A stretch of DNA of 64,000 nucleotides from Mobula hypostoma (lineage: Eukaryota), in NCBI RefSeq assembly GCF_963921235.1, contig NC_086097.1, forward strand, positions 173,292,001 to 173,356,000, given 5' to 3'. A program made the position numbers and the translations under genes. The number at the start of each line of letters is the position of its first letter. Position 1 is the stretch's first letter. This document shows, in pieces, positions 37,770 to 51,106 of the stretch. The notes beneath the pieces are model-generated. The model did not search any database. It had not been told where the DNA came from and saw only the letters and a program-made list of their open reading frames with translations.

Positions 37770-40700
37770 AATCATAACTCTGGACTGCTGTCTGTGTTGT
37801 GCGTCAGTGAGGGTAAAAATAGGATAACTTGGCATTTGAATGCGTGGCTGAATAACTGGTGTAGGGAGCAGAGTTTCAGATTTCTGGATCACTGCGATTT
37901 CTTCTAGAGAAGGGTACAAAAGAGATGGGTTACCCCTGAATGTAAGGGGGACAGATATTCTTACGGACAGGTTTGCTGGAACTATTTCAAAGAGTTTAAA
38001 CTAATTTGGCAGGGGGATAAGGCTGAGGATAGGGTAGCTGGTATACAACCAGAGGCAGTGTGTAATGAGACTGTCAGGAAGGACAGCCAGAGGACATTGC
38101 AGTCTATGGAACAAGTTGCAGTGTAACAGGAGAACAAATTCAAAAAGGATGCAGGATTTAAGGTGTTATATTTGAATGCACAAGGTATATGTAATATGGC
38201 AGATGATCTTGTAGCGCATTTACAGCTTGACAGGTATGACATTGTGGGCAACAGTGAGTCAAGGCCGAAAGAAGATTACAGTTGGGAGCTTAACATCTAA
38301 GGACACACATTGTTTCAGAAGGACTGGCAGGTAGGAAGAAGGGGAGGGGTGGCTCTTGGTAAAAAATGAAATCAAATTCTTAGAAAGAGGTAACATAGAA
38401 TCAGAAGATGTAGAATCTTTGTTGGTAGAGTTAAGAACATGCAAGGGTAAAAAGAGCCTGATGGTCATTATAAACAAACTACTGAACAGTAGCCAGGATG
38501 TTGGGTACAAGTTACAATGGGAGGTATAAAAGGCATGTCAAAAGAGCAACGTTACAAAAGTCATGGGATTTCAATTTATAGATTGGGAAAATCTGGTTGG
38601 CGCTGGATCCCAAGACAGAGAATCTGTAAAATGCCCACAAGATGGCTTTTTAGAGAAGCTTGTAGCTGACTCCACTAGGGGAACAGCAATTCAAGATTGG
38701 ATGAACTAGATTTCATTAAAGCTTAACGCAAAGCAACCCCAAGGAGACTGAGCTCAGAATTTGATAGAATTCACCCTGCAATTTCAGAGGGCAAGGCTAA
38801 AGTCAAATTACAGTGAGGTAAAGGGAATTACAGAGGCATGAGAGAGAGGAGCTAACCAAAGTTGATTGGAAGAATACAGAGCAGCAAGGGCTGGAATTTC
38901 TGGGAGCAATTCGGAAGGCGCAGGGAGAAGTATTCTAAAGGCAGGATGATACAACCATGGCTGACAGGAGAAGTCATAGACAACATAAAAGCAAAAGAAA
39001 GGGCATATAAGAGAACATAAATTAGTGGGAAGTTAAGAGGATTGAAAAGATTTTAAAAACCAACAGAAGACGACTAAAAAAGCTATGAAGAGGGAAAGAA
39101 TGAAATACGAAGGTAAGCTAGCCAATAATATCAAAGTTATTATGGGAGGACAAACTGTATGGGACGAAATGGCTAACAAACTGTATAAGTATTTTTCATT
39201 AGTCTTCACTGGAAGGCACCAGCAGTATGCTGGAAATTCGAGAATATCAGGGGACAGATGTGAACACAGTTGCTATTGCTTGGGAGAAGGCGCTTGGGAA
39301 GCTGAAGGGCCTGAGTTAGCGGGACCAGGTGGACTAAACCACAGGTTCTGAAAGAGGTAGCCAAAGAGATAGTGGAAAAATTAGTGATGATCTTTCAAGA
39401 ATCACAAGATTCTGGCAAACTTCCATAGCAATGGAAAATTGTAGTTGTCACTCCACTTTTCTAGAAGGAAGGGAGACAGAAGAAATGGAATTATAGGCCA
39501 GTGATTGGGGAGATATTGGAGTCAATTTTTAAGGATGAGGTTTGGGGTACTTGGACACACATAATATAAGCCAAAGTCAGCATGGATTCCTTAAGGAAAA
39601 ATCTTGCCTGACAAACCTATTGGAATTCTTTGAGAAAATAACAAGCAGGACAGGCGGAGGATAATCACCAGATATTATGTACTTACATTTCAGATGGCTT
39701 TTGACAAGTTGCCACACATGAGGCAGTTTAAAAGATAAGGTGGCATTACTGTAAAGATACTAGCAAGGAATCAGCATTGACAGATTGGCAGGAGACAAAG
39801 AGTGGGAATAAAAATAGCCTTTTGTGATTGTCTATCAGTGACTAGTGGTGTTCCAGAGGAATCGACATTGAGACTGCTTCTTTTTACTTTGCATATCAAT
39901 AATTTGGTTGATGAACTGAAGGCTTTGTGGCCAAGTTTGCAGATGATACGAAGACAGGAGGAGCGGCAGGTTGTGTTGAAGAAGCAGGGAGGCTGCAGAA
40001 AGACAGATTAGGAGAATGGGAAAAGAAAAGGCAGATGAAATACAGCATCAGGGTGTATATGGTCATGCACTTTGATACAAGGAGTAAAAGTATAGACTAT
40101 TTTCTAAATGGGGAGAAAATTCAAAAATCCGAGGTACAAAGGGACTTGAGAGTTCTCAATTTGGATTTGCTAAAGGTTAATTTGCAGGTTGATTCACTGG
40201 TGAAAAAGGCAAATGCTATCTTGCAAGGACAAGAATCTAAAGCAAGGATGTAATGCTTTATATGGCACTGGCGAGGCCTCACTTGAAGTATTGTGAGCAG
40301 TTTGGGGCTTTCATCTAAGAAAGAATGTGCTGACACTGGAAGAGTTTTCAAGGAGGTTTATTAGAATGAATCCAGGAACGATAGGATTATTACATGAGGA
40401 GCATTTGATGGCTCTGGGCCTATACTCACTGGAATTTAGAAGAATTTCATTGAAACCTATCGAATGTTCAAAGGCCTAGATAGAGTGGATGTGGAGGGAA
40501 TGTTTCCTATAGTGGCGGAGTCTAGGACCAGGGGGCACAGCCTCAAAATAGAGGAGTGTTCATTCAGAATGGAGATGAGGAGGAATTTCTGTAGCCACAG
40601 GGTGATGAACCTGTTAAATTCTTTGCCATAGGCGGCTGTGAACACAGGCTATGTCATTGGATGCATTTAAGAAGGAAGTTAATAAGTTCTTGATTAGTCA

Positions 40701-40810
40701 TGGTGCGAAAGGTTACAAGATGTGGGCAGGAAAATGGATCAGCCATAATGAAATAAAGAAGCAGGCTCAATGGGCCAAATAGCTGAACTCTGTTCCTGTT
40801 ATTATGGTGT
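37770..40810 (+). mobile_element. Long decayed CR1 LINE (ORF1 esterase end, APE, RT, 3' end)
   Basis: LNAWLNNWCREQSFRFLDH (SGNH esterase-like); LKVLYLNA; SQHGFLK.KSCLTNLLEFFE; VTSGVP; AKFADDTK; RTRGHSLKI. Confidence 0.88.
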
Positions 40811-40832
40811 TATAACTATTTTATAATGTATG

Positions 40833-41131
40833 TTGGCACGTAGTCAAGTGGTTAAGGTGTTCGTCTAGTGATTTGAAGGTTGCTAGTTCGAGCCTTGGCT
40901 GAGGCAGCGTGTGTGTCCTTGAGCAAGGCACTTAACCACACATTGCTCTGCGACGACACCAGTGCCAAGCTGTATGGGTCCTAATGCCCTTCCCTTGGAC
41001 AACATCGGTGGCATGGAGAGGGGAAACGCAGCATGGACAACTGCTCGTCTTCCATACAACCTTGCCCAGGCCTGCGCCCTGGAAACTTTCCAAGGCCTAA
41101 ATCCATGCTCTCATGAGACTAACAGATGCCT
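40833..41131 (+). mobile_element. tRNA-derived SINE
   Basis: A-box-like tagtcaagtgg and B-box-like agttcgagcc, followed by gtgtccttgagcaaggcacttaacc. Confidence 0.65.
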
Positions 41132-41352
41132 AAAATAATGTATACCGATCAGTGTAAAACCTATACACATGTGCATACAAATTCAAAGCAACAGTAGGCT
41201 CCTTGAACATTCTCATCCATTCAATAATGTACCTGCTGCCTTGAATGCAGCTACAAATTGCATTGCCACTTATCTTAAGTAACTATTCACCTTCTTAATA
41301 AAAAAGAATCTATGTACCCCCAATCCAAGCCTCCGTCTTTGTCCATCTACAT

Positions 41353-42099
41353 CAGGGGTCCCCAACCATTTTTTGCACCGCGGACCAGTTTAATATTGAC
41401 AATATTCTTGCGGACCGGCCGACTGGGGTGGTGTTCAAGTAGGGTTAAACTCACCTCAACATGTCTTTTACAGTTAGGGTTGCCAACTTTCTTACTCCCA
41501 AATAAGGGACAAAAGTAGCAGTCAAATCCCAGGACACTTTACCCCAGGAAAGACTATCATGATCATGAAGCCTTGCGTGGGCACCTGTGTGCGCATGCGT
41601 GACTGCGCAGGTGTGATGTGCGCATGCGCGTACGTGCCGATTTTTTTCCACGAATCGGTTTTGCCTTCATCTTCCCGAGTACACTGTACATACTTTATTT
41701 CTACTTTATATAGGCTGTGTATTTATCACATCATTCCTGCTTTTACTATATGTTGGTGTTATTTTCAGTTTTATGTGTTATTCTGTATGATTTGTTAGGT
41801 TATTTTTTGGGTCTAGGAATGCTCAAAAATTTTTCCCATATAAATTAATGGTAATTGCTTCTTTGCTTCACGCCATTTCGGCACAGAAGGTTTCACAGGA
41901 ATGCTCTACCTTAGCGGGGGAAATACGGGACAAACCAATTTAGCCCAATATACGGTATGTCCCGGCAAATACGGGACAGTTGGCAACCCTATGTTCAAGT
42001 TCGACAGTGCGTGACAGGGAATGAGGAAAGGTGCAGATGACTCATATCATTTCTTTGTGGCCCGGTACCGGTCCATGGCCCGGTGGTTGGGGACCACTG
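41353..42099 (-). mobile_element. Non-autonomous hAT related to 25172-26339, with a nested second hAT-like element (41440-41991)
   Basis: Outer TIRs caggggtccccaacc / ggttggggaccactg with a 6/8 TSD (atctacat / gcctacat). Inner element tagggtt(gccaac)..gttggcaacccta with a perfect TSD TGTTCAAG (41432-41439 and 41992-41999). Confidence 0.8.
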
Positions 42100-42960
42100 G
42101 CCTACATTATTCAAACGATGTCCGATATCAGCTCAAGGAACTGCATTTCATCATCCATCTGGACACATTACAGTCCTCAGACCTTAACATTTATGTCAAC
42201 ATCTTCAGCTAACCAGCCCTTCCAGTTGTGTTGAAAGTGGCCAGTTCTGATAGAAGGTCATGAACCTGCAATGCTATTTCAGTTTTAACCTCTCCACAGA
42301 TACTGCCTGACCTAATGGTAACTTATAGAATTTTGTTTCACACTTCCAAAAATTGCAGTCTTTTGTATTTTACAGTTCCAAAAGAGCTTTTGAGTCTCCT
42401 CTTAATTCATCTCCCTCAATTTATATCTCCATCATGCAGATCACCTGCAATTAACAAACCTTCTTATATTTCCTTATAAAGTAGACATTTGTTGGCTGTC
42501 TATCAATCTCATTAGTTCTTTTCTTATTTTCTCTCAGCCAAAAAAAACAGCTATCTTCTTTTCATGAACATTCCCTTCGTTCTCTCAAACCCTTTTCCTT
42601 TTCTACAACTTAAGACATCCTGATTTCCTAACATTCTTTGTTTAGTCATCAACCAGAAATATGAACTTTGTTACTCTCTCCAGAGACATTGATCAACAAT
42701 TTCAAGCATTTTCTGTTTTTATTTTAAATTTTCAAAAGTATTTTGGATTTTTTTAAACCACCATGTTTTGGTTTGTGATTCATGAGCAACTGGCTTCACG
42801 GAAGGAGCTTCTACACCACAAAACACTTAGTTTAAAGAACAGCAGAATGTACAAATACCTCTTGGCATGACACAAGTTGTTCATTACCCACACTGTCTAC
42901 TCAAAATTCTGCAAGCAAATGGCAGAAAGAGAGCAGAGCCGGAACAGAAATGGAGCTTAC

Positions 42961-43195
42961 CTTCTTCAAGAATGGGCCTTGAAATTACAAAAGGGATCCC
43001 CTGTAGAGGTTCCATGTATTTATGGCCTGCACTGATCACTTTTATCTGGGGCAAGCAGATAACCAAAGTGCCAGGCATGCTTTCTTCAGTATGGTACCAA
43101 TTCCTCACTGTCCCAGGTATGTCACCAGCCACAATTGTACTCGGTGATGGTAGGCTCTCATTCGGAAGGAACACACAACATGACTGTACCTCCAG
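42961..43195 (-). CDS. VPS13B: VPS13B internal coding exon (235 bp, phase 0 to 1)
   Basis: Translates LEVQSCCVFLPNESLPSPSTIVAGDIPGTVRNWYHTEESMPGTLVICLPQIKVISAGHKYMEPLQGIPFVISRPILEEG, close to recalled human VPS13B (..VQSCCVFIPNDSLPSPSTIVSGDIPGTVRSWY..SAGHKYMEPLQEIPFVIPRPILEEG). Acceptor tgtctttcag| before 43195; donor |gtaag after 42961. Confidence 0.95.
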
Positions 43196-43749
43196 CTGAA
43201 AGACAACACAATATGTTGAATTAGATCAATTAGATACTGGTTTTTGAACAAGATAAGTGTATAAACTATGGCAAAGAGTTACTGTATTGTACCAACTGTC
43301 CACACCAGAACAAGTTTTAATTAGTGAACAATTCTTCTACTATAGCATTATATCAGAAGTTTGTTCAAAATACTAAACCTATTCAACAAACAAATCAGCA
43401 AATCTAAAGCCAAGTTAGGATTAAAGGACATGTAAATATTTCAGTATATAAGCACATAAATGAATGCTTCAAAGGTAAATACCTACTTTGAGAGGAAAAG
43501 GAAGTCTTGATGTTCCAGGGAAGTACTTTTAAAGTGTTACACTGCATTTATGAAGTTGTAAACCTGAATTTACTGTATATTGAATTTCAATTCCAATATA
43601 CAGTAAATTCAAGGTTACAATTTCAATGGCCTGCAGAGGTAGGTTAAAGGATCGTGGTGTATAACACCTACATAAAACGTCTGTCATCATACCACAGTTA
43701 TGAAATTTAACAAGCTACAAAGGATTAGCTGCCAATGATACAGCTCTAG

Positions 43750-46160
43750 AACATGTAGAACACAGAATATAGAACAGTATAGCACAGGAATAGGCACTTT
43801 GTGCTCACAATGTTGTATTGAACCAGATAAATTAGTAATCAAATGGGCAATTAAACTAGTCCCTTCTGCCGATATAATGTCCACATTCCTCCATTTTCCT
43901 CATATCTGTGTGCTTATCTAAACACCTCTTAAATACTCCAAATGTATCTACCTCTACCACCACCCCTGACAGTGCATTCAGTAACACTGTGTAAAAAACA
44001 ACTTGCCTCTCATATCTCCTTTAAAATTACCCCACTCGACTAAATGGAGGCCTTTTGGTATTAGGCATTTCAACCCTGGGAAAAAGATATTGTCTACTCT
44101 CATAACTTAAAAAAAATCTATCAGATCTCCCCTTAGCCTCCAATGCTCCATAGAAAACAACTCATTTGTCCAACCTGTCATTATAGCACAGGCCCTCTAT
44201 TCCAGGCAGCATCCTGGTAAACCACTTCAGCTCACTTTCCAGAATCTTGACATTCTTCCTATAATTTGCTGATTTGAATTGCTGCCATCAGAGTGGCCAC
44301 TGGTTTAAGTTGCTATCGTCGGAGGGGCCACTAGTTCGAGTTGCTCCCCTCGGAATGGCCGACGGTTCAAGTTGCTGCTTGGAGGGGCCGCTGGGCCCTG
44401 ATGCTCTTGGAGATTTTATCAAAATTCTGACATACATGGATTGGAATGTAGTTCAAACTACCTGTAATTCACATTGGCCCCTTTCATTTCTGTTTTATTT
44501 TCGTGTTCTCGCCTATTCTTTCTTTCTTGTTGCCAATTGACGGGCTGGGAGTTTGGGTGATCTGTTAGTTTTTGTGTGAGGGAGGGGTTGGGTGTGTTTG
44601 GGGTTTGGTGTGTTTGGAGTTTGTGAGTTTTTATTTCTTTCCTTTTTGTGCGGGGTATTGATATCTTTCTTTTAACTACTTATATAGTTTTCTGTATTCT
44701 ATGGCTATCTGGTGCAGATAAATTTCAGAGTTGTACTCTGCATACATACTTTGACAATAAATGAACCTTTGAAGTGGTGACCAGAACTTAAAAGCTGCAA
44801 AATAACTTCCTGATTTTTGGACTCAATGCCTTGGCTAATAAAGCCAAGCACGCCATATGTTTCTTAACCACTCTATCAACCTGTATAGACACTTCCAGGG
44901 GGCTGTGCACTTGGCCCCTAGGATCCCTCTGCACATCAACACTGTGAAAGGACTTCACCTTAACAGTGTACTGTCTCTTTACATTTGACTTACCTAAGTG
45001 CAACACTTCACATTTGTCCGGATTAATCTCCATCTGACATTTCTCCAACTATATCTGCAGTAGTCTACATCTCATGTATTTTTTGCTAGTCTTTCACATT
45101 ATCCACAACCCAACCAATCTTCATATCATCCTATCTTACTAACCAACTCATCTACATTTTCATTCAGGTCATTTACATACATCGTAAACAGCAGAGGTCC
45201 CAGTACAGAGCCCTGTGGAATATCACTAATGACAGACCTCCAGCTGGAATAACTGCCTTTGATCACTGCCCTCTATCTTCTATGGACAAGCCAGTTCTGA
45301 CTCCAAGCGGCCAACTCACCATAGATCCCATGCATCCTAATCTTCTGAATAAGTCTTCCATGAAGGACATTGTCAAATACCTTACCTCAACCCATGTAGA
45401 AAACATCCACAGCTCAACCTTCATCACTCACCCTCATCACTTCATCAAAAAACTCAATCAAGTTAGTAAGACACGACTTGCCCCGCACAAAGCCATGCCG
45501 GCTTTCACTAATCAGGCCATAGTTTACCAAATGCTCATAAATCCTATCCCTATGAATTCTCTCCAGTAACTTCCCTACCACTGATGCGAGACTCACCAGT
45601 CTATAGTTTCCAGGATTATCCTTGGTTTCCGTCTTGAACAGTGAAATTAAATTAGCTATTTGCCTGTGGCTAGAGAGAACAAAGAGATAGGCCCTAGCAA
45701 TCTTTTCATTTACCTCTTTCGATAACCTGGACTGTAGCCCATCAGGCCCTGAGAACTTATCCACCTTAATGCTCTTTAAGAGACCCAAAACTACCTCCTT
45801 CTTTACTTTAAAATGTCTTAGCATATTAATACTCTCGGCACTGATCTCCCTATCCTCCATGTCCTTTTCCTTGGTAAATACTGATTTAAAGTACTCATTA
45901 ATGACCTCACCTATATACTCCACATCCAAGCAAGCATTTCTCCCTTTATCGTTGAGCGGTGCCACCCTTTCCTTAGTTAGCCTCTTGCTCCTGATGTATG
46001 TCTAGAATGCCTTTGGATTCTCTTTTATCCTACTTGCCAATGACATTTCATAGCCCCTCCTGGCTTTCCTAATTCCCTTCATGAGATCTTTTCAGGCTTC
46101 TTTATAATCCTCAAGGGCTCTGTTTGATTCTAGCTTCCTGTACTTTACATACAGTGAAGC
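43750..46160 (-). mobile_element. CR1 LINE interrupted by a ~0.5-kb insert (44266-44773)
   Basis: ORF 45414-45965 (PGNYRLVSLASVVGKLLE..HGFVRGKSCLTNLIEFF) and ORF 44788-45048. The CR1 string ttcctataat|gtggtgaccagaac is split by the insert. Confidence 0.85.
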
Positions 46161-46456
46161 ATTCCCTTTTGCAATGCACCAAAGCCAAGATGACACAGAT
46201 AATCAAGTAAGCAGTAAGATGTCTAGGGCTGTAATAAGTTGCATGGAGTGCTGGGGAATAAGCCCAGGAAAAGGGGATCAGGGTAGAAAGGGGGAGTGAA
46301 TTGGTCAGGGTGGAGACTGATTGTAGACGTAAGAGGAATGTGTGAAAATGTTTGGTGGGGATGGTCAAGTGAATCAGTCGATGGGGAGGGAGCTAGCGGC
46401 AGAGATTGGGAAAAGTTGATTGGTGGGTTGAGAAAAGTAATGTTTGGAATTTAATG

Positions 46457-46900
46457 TTTGGGTAGCCTCCAACCTGATGGCATGAACATTGACTTCTCTA
46501 ACTTCCGCTAGGCCCCACCTCCCCCTCGTACCCCAGCTGTTACTCATTTTTATGCACACATTCTTTCTCTCACTCTCCTTTTTCTCCCTCTGTCCCTCTA
46601 AATATACCTCTTGCCCATCCTCTGGGTCACCCCCCCCCCGTCTTTCTCCCTAGGCCTCCTGTCCCATGATCCTCTCGTATCCCCTTTTGCCTATCACCTG
46701 TCCAGCTCTCGGCTCTATCCCTCCCCCTCCTGTCTTCTCCTATCATTTTGCATCTCCCCCTCCCCCTCCAGCTTTCAAATCCCTTACTCACTCTTCCTTC
46801 AGTTAGTCCTGACGAAGGGTCTCGGCCTGAAACGTCGACTGCGCCTCTTCCTATAGATGCTGCTTGGCCTGCTGCGTTCACCAGCAACTTTGATGTATGT
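46457..46900 (+). mobile_element. Penelope-like element (GIY-YIG C-terminus plus pLTR, hammerhead 46805-46840) with a 16-bp TSD
   Basis: LGSLQPDGMNIDFSNFR*; flanked by TGTTTGGAATTTAATG at 46441-46456 and 46901-46916. Confidence 0.82.
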
Positions 46901-47444
46901 TGTTTGGAATTTAATGCAAGCTTGTTGGGGATGATCTGGGGAGAGGAAGTCTGTGCTGTTGGCCAGAAGTGGACAGATAATGGGGCCCACTTTTCAAAGT
47001 AAAAATATTAAAGGGACCGTCCTTTTAAAGTTAGGCTCTGAGTGCTGGACTGAAACCTGTTCAACCCAATCCCCTTTTAAACAGCATGTAGAAGCTGGCC
47101 CTAAAGGTTGCATGAAATCCTCCTCCTTCAGAACCATCCAGCATACAATTTGGACCATTCTAATGCAAAGGAAGGTCCAGAAGTGTGGAGGATGCATCTT
47201 CTACATCTTGGGTCCTCCATGTGTTACAATACAGTAATTGTAGAAAATGACAATCATGAGTTAAGTCCTTGACTTTTGGTCGTCTTTAATTTTCCACTGA
47301 GCAGCAAGGCAGCCAAATTCATGATGATGCACAATTTAATTTCCAGGCAACATCTTACAAAATCAACACCAACATACTAGATCCTGACTTTGGCCAGTGA
47401 TTCAGAAGAGAGTGCTCAGTCATCAGCTGCTTCTGCACAGATTC

Positions 47445-50400
47445 ACCATCCTCTGACTAAACAAATTTTTTCTCATCTCTGTTCTAAATGGATGTCATTC
47501 TATTCTGAGGCTGTGCCCTCTGGTCAAAGATTCCCACACTATAGGAAACAGCCTTTCCACAACTAATCTATCTTCGCCTTTCAATATTTGATAGGTTTCT
47601 GTGAGATCCCCCCATCCTTCTAAACTCCAGTAAGTACAGAGCCATCAAACACTCCTCATATGTTAAACGTTTCATTCCTGGGATCATTCTCATGAACCTC
47701 CTCTGGGCCATCTCTGAAGTCAGCACGTTTTCTTAGATAAGAGGCCCAAAATTGCTCAAAATACTCCAACTGCGGTCTGACCAATGCTTTATAAAGCCTT
47801 TCCATTACATCTTTCTTTACGTGTTCTAGTTCTCTCACAATGAATGCTAACATTTCATGTGCCTTCCTTACCACAGACTCAATCTGTAAGTTCACCTTTA
47901 GTGAATCCTGCATGAGGACTCCCAAGTCCTTTTGCACCACTGATTTTTTAATTTTCTTCCTATTTAGAAAATAGTCCTTGCCTTTATTATTTCTGCAATG
48001 TGCATGGCCATGCTCTTCCTTATACAATCAGGCCCCGCATAACGCTGATTCATTACAACATGGTTATTCAATTCTTTACTGAAAATTTTAAAGATGACAA
48101 AAACTCATTCTAAACAACACTTAAAACTTCCCAAGAGCAGCCACTCTTACAGTAAAAATTCAATCAGCCAGTGAGAGTGCTATACATCAGCTCTGAGCCA
48201 CTCACAGCCAATCACGTATTAGTTCATGCTGTGCTTCTCCCCGCCCCCCACTTGTGTAACCATTCTTGTTCCCCCGTCAATTTATTCCATTTTCTTCACC
48301 CATAATGTCCAGAAAACCACTGTAACTTCCAGTAAGAGTAGTACATCTAAGATGTCTAGGAAAATTATTAACATGGATGTGAAACTGAAAGTGATACAGC
48401 ATTTAGAAGCTGGTGAGTGTAAGGTTGATGTTGAGGCCTCTTTGAAATTGGCTACATTGACAATCAGAACAATTATAAAAAATGCAGACAAGATAAAAGT
48501 TTCTGTAATGACAATCTCAAAATTATCATCAATGAAAATAGCCATTCAAGAAGCCATTTGTTTGAAAAAATGGAAGATAGACTAAATATATGGTTGGAAG
48601 ACCAAACACAATGAAACACGCCCCTAAGCCAGCTGATAATAATGGAAAAGGCAAGAAGCATCTTGCATCATATTCAAGAAGAAGAAGATATGTCGGTAAC
48701 ATTCACAGCCAGCAGAGGTTAGTTTGGTAAATTTAAAAGCACAGTAACCTCCATAGCATATGTATCTCTGGTAAGATGGCCAGTGCAGACAGCAAGGCAG
48801 CCCAGGGTTTTCCTGCACCACCGAAGGCCATAGTCGAAAAGGACAATTATCCTCCCGAGCTCATCTTCAATATTTTGGAAAAGAATGCCTTCTAGTACTT
48901 CCATCTTCCAAGAAAAGAGACATGCATCTGTATTCAAGATTGCAAAGGACAGGTTAACTCTCTTGCTAGGAGGCAATGCTAAAGGTTACTTTAAGTTAAA
49001 GCCTCACTCTGAAACACCACGAGTAATGAAAGGCATTTTAAAGTCAAGTCTACCAGTGATTTGGAAATCAAACAAGAAAGCCTGGGTGTCAATTGATGTT
49101 TTCCAAAATTGGTTTGTTTCACATTTTTGTCCAACAGTGAAGCAGTATTGTGAGGAGCATGATCTTGAACCTAAAGCATTCTTGGTGCTGATAATGCTCC
49201 AGGCCACCCTGAGAATCTTGACACACTTCAGACCTGCACTCCTGTAGAAGTGGTTTACCTTCCACCCAACACCACTTCATTACTCCAACCAATAGATCAA
49301 GGAGTAATATCGAATTTTAAAGCCTACTACCTTTGTTATGAATTCAAGCAATTTAAAGAAGAAACTAAAGGTCAAGACAAACAATCCGTCAGGCAATTTT
49401 GGAAAAACTATAATGCCATGAAAGCTGCAGACAATATCACAGCAGTCTGGGATGAAGTAACTTCAAACTGCATGAACGGATTCTGAAAGAAGCTATGGCC
49501 AGAAACATACAACAACGTCCTAGGATTTCAGGTGGAACTAATCATCCAAGATCAGTGAACTGGCCAATGAAGCGGGATTAGAGGATGTTAATGATGATGC
49601 TTTTAAAGAGTTACTGCATTCTCATGGTGAGAGCCTTAAAGTGCTTCGAGAATTGGCAGAGCAACGCATCCTGGGTGAATCTGAGGACATGGATGTAGAG
49701 GAGGAAACACAGGCAAGAAACTCTCATCACAAAATTCCTCAGCACCAGCATCACCACAATTACACAGATCATGAACCAGTTCATCGATAATGACCCTGAA
49801 TGGAAGCAAAGCAATAAGGCAAAGAGAGGTGTGCTCAACAGGATTTCCTGCTACCGAGAACTGCTTCATGAGAGGAAACTTAAGAAAAGGCAATTAAATC
49901 TCAATGCCAACTTGACGAAGAAGCCAAGGTTTTAGGAGGACCTACAGCCTGGTCCCTCCTCTAAGACGTTACCACCACCTGCTTCCCCCGCTGCTGCTGC
50001 GCTGTTGCTATTCTACTGATGTACAGGTTAAACCTATTTACGTGTTTGTTATTCCATGAAATAATGTGTATATCTCAGGTTTGATTTTTTAAAAATCAGG
50101 CACACATGTCCATTTACGTAACGTTACAATGAGCCCGCATAACGCTCGTTTACATAGTGCTCTGTCTCCAAGGACCACATCCTCAGCATTAAGTGAGGGT
50201 ACAATATTCCACCTGCCACTTCTTTGCTCATTCCTCCAATCTGTCCTTCTGCAGACATCCTGCTTCCTCATCTATCTTCATATCACATGCATACTTGGCC
50301 ACAAACCCATCAATTCCATCATCCAAATCACTGACATACAATCTGAAAAGAAGAGGGGGTCCTAATACTAACCCCTGAAGCACTCCACTAGTCACCAGCA

Positions 50401-51105
50401 GCCAACTAGAAAAGGCCTGCTTTATTCCAACTCTCACCCTCTTGTTAGTCAGCCAATTTTCTATCCATGTTAGTTCCATTCTTTTAATACCATAGGTTCT
50501 TATCCTGTAAAGCAGCCTCATGGACTGCACCTTCTTCTGAAAATCCAAATAAACAACATCCACTGAGTCTCCTTTACATATCCTGGCAGTTATTTCAAAG
50601 AATTCCAAGAGATTTCCCCCTTAGAAAACCATTCGGACCTTGGCCTATTTGTCAAGTGCCTCCAAGTACCTGAAACATCATCCTTAATAACAGACTCCAA
50701 CATCTTGCCAACCACTGATGTCAGGCTAACTGGCCTATAATTTCCTTTCTTCAACCTCTCTTCTTTCTTAGAGTTATGTGGCATTTGTAATTTTCCGGTC
50801 CGCCAGAGCCATTCCAAAATCTAGCAATTCTTGAAAGATCATCATTAATGCCTCCACATTCTCTTCAGCTACTTCTTTCAGAACCCTGGGGTATAATCCA
50901 TCTGGTCCAGATGACTTATCTACCTTCAGACTTTTCAGCTTCCCAAGCACCTTTGACTTAGAAATCGCAAACACACTCACTTCTGCCCCTGACAGTTTCA
51001 TATATCCGGCATTCTGCGCATGTCTTCCACAATGAAGACTGACTCAAAATACTTATTAGGTTTATCCACTGTTTCTCTGTCCCCTATCACTACCTCTCCA
51101 GCATC
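47445..51105 (-). mobile_element. CR1 LINE split by the Tigger insertion
   Basis: ORFs 47656-48027, 50228-50608 (VTSGVLQGLVLGP), 50590-50817 (GNYRPVSLTSVVGKMLES) and 50774-51001. Confidence 0.85.
48025..50205 (+). mobile_element. Tigger/pogo DNA transposon, near full length but frameshifted
   Basis: CENP-B-type HTH (RKIINMDVKLKVIQHLE..TIRTIIKN); KDRLTLLLGGNA..KLKP..WKSNKKAWV; LPPNTTSLLQPIDQGVI; degenerate termini at TA. Confidence 0.85.
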
Positions 51106-51106
51106 A

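Larger units (their letters stand above)
3962..42960 (-). other. VPS13B: VPS13B intron (GT-AG, 38,999 bp, TE-rich)
   Basis: Lies between two exons that join seamlessly in the protein (ILEEG|DAFPW) with compatible phase. Confidence 0.88.

Noticed and set aside
40833..40910. tRNA gene
   Set aside because: No convincing cloverleaf, and it continues into a SINE body.
42884..42960. ORF tail KLHFCSGSALFLPFACRILSRQCG
   Set aside because: Read-through past the GTAAG donor; homology resumes at the 3961 exon.
48226..49486. TIGD or CENP-B-like domesticated gene
   Set aside because: Multiple frameshifts and stops, and it is inserted inside a CR1.
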